From contig CAXXIN010000018.1 in assembly GCA_963665275.2 (NCBI GenBank), positions 64,001 to 128,000 on the forward strand: DNA of 64,000 nucleotides. The letters are read 5' to 3'. Positions 58,706 through 64,000 of the stretch are shown piece by piece. Position numbers and translations under genes: made by a program. Position 1 is the stretch's first letter; each line of letters opens with the position of its first letter. The DNA is from Negativicutes bacterium (lineage in GTDB: Bacteria > Bacillota > Negativicutes > UBA1444). The notes under the pieces are model-generated. The model was not told the origin of the DNA. It ran no database searches and saw only the letters and a list, made by a program, of their open reading frames with translations.

Positions 58706-59368
58706 GTGAGAGAAATTAATGAGGCGGAAGAAGAGGCGGACAAGCAACGGAAGGATAGAAGGAAAATCCTGGCGGCCGTTGCGGTGGTGGTTATCAGCAT
58801 TAGTTTTTATGGTTGGTGGAGCAAGACTCAGAAAACGGATCCCGGAATCGCAGTTTCGCGGGAGACAGTTGTTGAAGCTGCCAATAAAGAACAGGGGGAA
58901 GTTGTCGTATATGTGAGCGGTCGAGTGGAACATCCCGGCGTCATCAGGGTAAGCGCCGGAGCGCGTGCGATCGATGTCGTCAATGCCGCCGGCGGCCTGT
59001 TGTCAGGGGCGGATGTCTCGAAGGTTAATTTGGCGCAGTCGGTTAAGGATGGCATGCAGATCAACGTACCAGGGCAACCGATAATGGCGGGAGATCCCAA
59101 CGCAGGCAAATATTCCGGGCCTGGGAACGTTTCTGGCAAGACTGGCTCATCATCTTCAGGGGCTAACTCGGTGGAGGGGAAAATCAATATCAATACCGCC
59201 GATGCGTCTGAACTCGATAAACTTCCGGGAGTGGGGCCTGCCATGGCGGAAAAAATTGTTGAATGGCGCAAGAACAATGGTCCGTTCCAAGCCGGTGAAG
59301 AACTGAAAAAAGTCAAAGGAATCGGCGAAGAAAAATATCGAAAACTGAAGGACAAGATTTCTTGGTAG
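58706..59368 (+). CDS. comEA: Competence DNA receptor ComEA
   Basis: TM anchor, SLBB (VYVSGRVEHPGV), and HhH (ININTA..ELDKLPGVGP, VKGIG); GTG 58706 after GGGAGG. Confidence 0.92.
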   Translation: MREINEAEEEADKQRKDRRKILAAVAVVVISISFYGWWSKTQKTDPGIAVSRETVVEAANKEQGEVVVYVSGRVEHPGVIRVSAGARAIDVVNAAGGLLSGADVSKVNLAQSVKDGMQINVPGQPIMAGDPNAGKYSGPGNVSGKTGSSSSGANSVEGKININTADASELDKLPGVGPAMAEKIVEWRKNNGPFQAGEELKKVKGIGEEKYRKLKDKISW

Positions 59369-61765
59369 GATATGTGACTGCTTTTGCCGCCGGTATTTGG
59401 GCGATGGGCGATGCCGATCCGTCTTGGGCATATATGCTGGGGTTGGCGGGGTGCCTTCTACTGGCTTTAACCTACGGATTTGACCGACAACACAGCAGAC
59501 CGCACTGTCTTTGGTTATCAGCCGCGCTGGTTTTTTTGTGGTTTTTGGCAGGGATGATGAGAATGGGAGCGGTTGGAGCGCCTACTCCTGGTGGTGTACG
59601 TGATTATGAAGGTCAAGAAATTACGATTCATGGAACGATAAGTGGGGTTCCGAAGGTGTCAGCCGGTGCAGCTGGGGAATGGCATGTCCGTTATGAAATC
59701 GTTCTTGACAGCGTAACGGAAGTAGGAAATAAGCGGTTGCCGAGCAGGCTTGCCGGCGGCGTCCTGTTGAGTGTGCGGCAGTATGGCCCCCAGCCTGAAG
59801 GAGAAGAAGGCGATTCCATCAGCGCATCTGGAACCGTTCGATTGTTTCATTCCTATCATAATCCGGGGCAACCGGACTGGGCTGCTGCCTTGGCAACACG
59901 GGGCATCGACGCCCGAATTTCCGCAGTACCGGGAACGGTTCGCATTGTTCGGCGCGAGGGACAAGAAACCTTCTTGAGTACATTGGCACGTTGGCGCAGT
60001 CAGGTTCGGGCGGCTTTGATGCAGGCAATGCCTGATAAGGATGCCGCTTTGATCATGGGAATGTTGTTTGGTGGCTATGATGGCATCGACCGTGAGACGG
60101 TTCGTGATTTTGCGACGACAGGTATTGTGCATATCTTGTCAGTTTCAGGCGCCCATATCGCGCTGGTGGCAGGAGCAATTTTCTGGCTGAGCCGGCGGTT
60201 GGCAGTTCCGGACAACTGGGCGGCTGGACTGGCGGCAACTGCAATGGTAGGATACGGGTTTATTAGTGGATTTTCGGCGCCGGTGGTCCGCTCCGTTATC
60301 ATGGGACTGATCGGCATGGCAGCAATCGGTTCAGGACGCCTGGCCTCAGCACCCAGAGCATTATTGCTGGCAACTCTCGGAATGCTGATCTATGAGCCGC
60401 GAAACTTATTTGACATCAGCTTTCAACTGTCCATTGGCTGTACTGCTGGTCTATTGTTCCTACACCCACGGCTGTCAACATGGCTGCGCAGCTGTTTACC
60501 GAGCGGGGCCGGGCGGTGGGTTGTGGAGGGCGTTGCAGCCACGTTGGCGGCACAGTTGGCTGTGATTCCCTTCCTGTCCTGGTATTTCGGCTCTTTTCCC
60601 ATCATTTCGCTGTGCGCCAACCTATTGGTGGTGCCGATCCTTGAGGCTGTAATCCTATTCGGGCTGTTGGGCATATTAATGGCAGGAGCTTTTGCTCCGA
60701 TGGCTCACGCGGTTTTCATCGTGATAAGCCTGCTTACGGGGCTAGCGGTCGAGATCAATCGGCTTTTGGCGCGGATTCCAGGGGGTTCAATGACTCTGCC
60801 GGCCATGGGAATTGGTGCAGGTTGCCTTTACTATGGATTGCTCCTTGGATGTGCATGTTATGATAAACAATGGCTGTATAGGCGGTTACGGCAGGTTGCG
60901 GTGATTTTGGTGTTTGCAGCTGGAATAGCTGTTTGGGGAGTGACTCGTCCCAGCCCGCTTCAGGTTCATTTCATCGATGTTGGGCAGGGAGATGCGACGC
61001 TCGTTATCACTCCACATGGCCAGACGATCCTTGTCGATACGGGTGGCGCAATGGGACCGCAAAACGGATTTGATATTGGAGAGAGGGTAGTAGTGCCCTA
61101 TCTTCGACATTATGGCGTGAAATCAATCGATTGGCTGATTTTGACTCATAATCATCAAGATCATGCGGGCGGGGCTGCTGCCATAGCAGAAATTCTGGGT
61201 GTGCGTCAGGTTCTGCTGCGGTTGGGGGAATCGCCCCCTCCCTCAGCTATTCTGCGCCTGCAACAGGTGATGCATGGCAGAGGGATGCGGGAAGCCGCTG
61301 AAGTCAGCGAAATCAAAGTGGATGGGGTAAAAATAAATTTGTTTCAAGTGGACTCTGACGATCCTGATAGGGATGCGAAAGGAAAGAAAGGAAGCAGTTC
61401 GACGGAAAATGGACGGTCCAATGTGCCTCGTATCGAATATGGCCGTCACAGCTTTTTACTGACAGGAGATTTGGAGGGCGAGAGCGAAAAGAAACTATGT
61501 GAAAAAACTATGCCTCCCTCAACAGTATTGAAGGTGGGCCATCATGGCGCACGCAAATCCACCCAGTCGGAATTTCTGGCCCGGATTACGCCCGAGTACG
61601 CTGTAATTTCCGTGGGCGCCGATAATCATTTTGGGCATCCCACGGCAGAGACCTTGCATCGCTTGCAAGAGTGGCCGGTTACCCTTTATCGAACTGACCG
61701 TGATGGAGCTGTGGTGTTTCACAGCGACGGAGAAAACGCTGACGGTGGAGAAAACCGTTCATTAA
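59362..61765 (+). CDS. comEC: DNA internalisation channel ComEC/Rec2; apparent +1 frameshift near the 3' end (A4 at 61733-61736)
   Basis: HILSVSGAH, SFQLS, DVGQGD, THNHQDHAGG, KVGHHG and FGHP. Removing one A gives ...DGETLTVEKTVH* ending at TAA 61763-61765. Confidence 0.9.
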
Positions 61766-61779
61766 TAAGGCGGGGAGAA

Positions 61780-62751
61780 ATGGAACTGCATAAAAAAATG
61801 CCACGAGGACGCTTTGCACCGAGTCCCTCGGGTCGGATGCATTTGGGCAATGCATGGACGGCCCTCTTGGCATGGCTGGATATACGCCAAAAAGGTGGTA
61901 CGATGGTGCTGCGAATCGAAGATCTTGATCCTGGCCGGAGCCGTCAGGAATATTCGGACGGATTACTGGACGATTTGCGCTGGTTGGGACTTGACTGGGA
62001 TGAGGGGCCGGATGTTGGGGGAGATTGCGCACCATATAACCAAAGTGAGCGTACTGCTTTGTATCAGGACGCTTTTGATAAATTAACACAGGCGGGTCTG
62101 GTGTACCCCTGCTCCTGCTCGCGTTCGGAGCTCCGATCCGTGGCGTTGGCGCCGCATGCTGGCGATACAGAGGTTCCTTATTCCGGCCGTTGTCGAAACC
62201 TGAACCGGACGGCCTTGTCGGAATTACAGATGTCAGGACGTCGCCCGGCATTTCGACTGAAAGTTAATGAGGAAAAAATTGGATTTGTCGATGAGGTATA
62301 CGGGCCTCAATATCAGGAACTGTCCCAAACCTGCGGCGATTTTGCCATTCGGCGTTCGGATGGGGTTTTCGCCTATCAGCTTGCAGTTATTGTTGATGAT
62401 GCGACGATGGGTATAAGTCGGGTCTTACGGGGAGCAGATTTGCTCGAGTCCACGCCTCGTCAGATATATCTCGGGCGTTTGCTGGGATATCCGGTTCCAT
62501 CCTTTCTGCATGTACCTCTGCTGGTCGGGAGTGGAGGCGAAAGGTTGTCAAAACGACATGGGGCGTTGTCCATTGCAGCTCTTCGAAGTGCTGGCGTCCG
62601 TCCGGAGAGGATCGTCGGGCAACTGGCGTCGTGGGCCGGGTTGGTGAAAAAAGTAGAATCGATGAAGGCTAAAGAATTAATCGACGGATTCGAACGCTCT
62701 CGTTTGCCTCGGGATCCGGTAACGGTTCCGGATACAATGCAGTTTATATGA
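61780..62751 (+). CDS. gluQ: Glutamyl-Q tRNA(Asp) synthetase
   Basis: GRFAPSPSG.MHLGN, LRIEDLD, YPCSCSR, AYQLAVIVDD and RLSKR; no anticodon-binding domain; own RBS GGGGAG. Confidence 0.9.
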   Translation: MELHKKMPRGRFAPSPSGRMHLGNAWTALLAWLDIRQKGGTMVLRIEDLDPGRSRQEYSDGLLDDLRWLGLDWDEGPDVGGDCAPYNQSERTALYQDAFDKLTQAGLVYPCSCSRSELRSVALAPHAGDTEVPYSGRCRNLNRTALSELQMSGRRPAFRLKVNEEKIGFVDEVYGPQYQELSQTCGDFAIRRSDGVFAYQLAVIVDDATMGISRVLRGADLLESTPRQIYLGRLLGYPVPSFLHVPLLVGSGGERLSKRHGALSIAALRSAGVRPERIVGQLASWAGLVKKVESMKAKELIDGFERSRLPRDPVTVPDTMQFI

Positions 62752-62790
62752 GATGGCTTTTGAAAATGACAGGAATGAGGGTAGGAATGA

Positions 62791-63867
62791 ATGGCAAAAG
62801 CGACCAATAAAGAAGTGAGGGTGTATCTGTTTTATGGCGAGGAAGGACTTTTGGTCCGTCAACTTGCAGAAAAAGTAATTGCCGCAGCGCTAACGCCGGC
62901 AGATCGGGAATTCAATCTGGTTGCCATGGAGGCCGACCCTTCAATTCCGGAGTTGCTGCATTTGGTTGAAAGTGCACCATTTTTCGGTGATCATAAAGTT
63001 GTCATCATCAGAAACTCCAAGTTGTTTCAGACCTCACGACGCAAGCTGGTTGCCGCAGAGGACACGGATGATGAAGAGAGCGGGGAGGGTGGCGATTCGG
63101 AAAAAGAAGCTGCGGATTCGGCCGATCCACGCCTATTGAAGCTTTTGGCGAATATGCCACCTTATACAACGTTGGTTTTTACGGCTGCCAAGGCGGATAA
63201 GCGGCGCAAAATTTTGAAAGTAGTGGCCGAAAACGGACAAGTTCGGGAATTGAATCCGTTTCGTCCGATGGAAGAACGGGAAATTCGAAACTGGGTGGAA
63301 GACCGCCTCGCGGAACTGGGCAAGCGGATCAGCCGAGATGCGATGGATTACCTCATGTCAGTTGTTCTCACTATGAATCAGATTTCCAGAGGCTTCCTAT
63401 CGTCTGAAATTGAAAAAGCCGCATTGTTTGCCGGGGATGATCCTGTTATCAGTAAAAAAGCGTTGGAAGAAGTGATGGCGTCGGTGCCTGAGGTATCTGC
63501 TTTCGCCATGACGGATGCTCTGGCTCGCCGCAATGTTGCGCAGGCCTTGACGAGGTTGGAAGAGCTGTTCGTCAGTAAGGAGCCGCCGCTGAAAATCATT
63601 GGACTGCTTGCCTATAACGTCCGTCGGTGGTGGCAGGTGCGCCAGGTAATCGACCGCCGGGGAACCGAAGCGGAAATGGCAGCAGCACTCGGGACGAAAG
63701 GAGGCAGCCCCGGAATGGTTAGCCGCGTGATCAGTCAAAGCCGTGCCTTTAGAGATGCAGCGCTGAAACAGGCATTGCTGACGTTGGCTGACGCTAACGT
63801 AGCCAGTCGGTCGGGTGGTGATGCGAAACCCTATTTGGAGCGGGTGCTCATTGAACTATGCCAATAG
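62791..63867 (+). CDS. holA: DNA polymerase III delta subunit
   Basis: VYLFYGEE, PFFGD.KVVII, DKRRK and SEIEK; conserved comEC-holA-rpsT context. Confidence 0.9.
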   Translation: MAKATNKEVRVYLFYGEEGLLVRQLAEKVIAAALTPADREFNLVAMEADPSIPELLHLVESAPFFGDHKVVIIRNSKLFQTSRRKLVAAEDTDDEESGEGGDSEKEAADSADPRLLKLLANMPPYTTLVFTAAKADKRRKILKVVAENGQVRELNPFRPMEEREIRNWVEDRLAELGKRISRDAMDYLMSVVLTMNQISRGFLSSEIEKAALFAGDDPVISKKALEEVMASVPEVSAFAMTDALARRNVAQALTRLEELFVSKEPPLKIIGLLAYNVRRWWQVRQVIDRRGTEAEMAAALGTKGGSPGMVSRVISQSRAFRDAALKQALLTLADANVASRSGGDAKPYLERVLIELCQ

Positions 63868-63912
63868 TTATTTGCGATGAATAGTAAGGGGCACTTTGCT
63901 GGCGGACAACAA

Positions 63913-63944
63913 GAAGCCCCCTGTCCGATCGGACAGGGGGCTTC
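63913..63944. terminator. Perfect 32-bp palindrome; terminator between holA and rpsT
   Basis: GAAGCCCCCTGTCC-GATC-GGACAGGGGGCTTC. Confidence 0.8.
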
Positions 63945-63966
63945 GACATGATCAAATAAACGACGC

Positions 63967-64000
63967 TTATTTCGCAGCGGCGTTAACTTTTTTTGCCAGA
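63967..64000 (-). CDS. rpsT: 30S ribosomal protein S20, C-terminal fragment (truncated by window end)
   Basis: Minus strand reads LAKKVNAAAK*; convergent with holA as in most Firmicutes. Confidence 0.7.
   Translation of the reverse strand, partial: LAKKVNAAAK

Noticed and set aside
59362-62751. Apparent 1129-aa ComEC-GluQ fusion protein
   Set aside because: One extra A at 61733-61736 bypasses the natural ComEC stop (61763-61765). gluQ has its own RBS and ATG at 61780, and three similar +1 errors occur in the window.

Overview
Chromosomal window of about 50% GC from an anaerobic, probably diderm Firmicute (Negativicutes/Sporomusaceae-like). This is inferred from the leuS-comEA-comEC-holA-rpsT gene order, SigH-type promoters and a decayed outer-membrane beta-barrel gene. 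In order, it holds: the end of a kdp locus plus a second two-component system; an AbgT/M20 amidohydrolase cassette; a clostridial-type Mo-nitrogenase cluster (nifH-I1-I2-D-K-E-N-B-fdx-anfO-like); c-di-GMP and CheX signalling genes; hutU, larE, mnmA and lplT; an Hfs-type sensory plus catalytic [FeFe]-hydrogenase operon divergent from an orphan EchA/EchB-like pair; an SSS symporter-hutP unit; lgt, csoR/cstR and larA; and leuS-comEA-comEC-gluQ-holA-rpsT. The main finding is an intact IS110 element (14261-15748) inserted inside the Shine-Dalgarno sequence of nifI1. Its ends rebuild a TTGACT-17-TATAAT promoter on circularisation, and its non-coding end folds into a bridge-RNA-like structure whose target guides match the insertion site at 12/14 positions and encode AGGAGG. 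This suggests an RNA-guided recombinase programmed against ribosome-binding sites. Other findings: ANTAR-type hairpin/terminator attenuators before nifH and an aminotransferase, a HutP-type leader, a truncated orphan cobalamin riboswitch, an EchA homologue that has lost its proton-channel residues, and four +1 homopolymer frameshifts that look like sequencing errors. All calls come from reading the sequence; no database searches were run.
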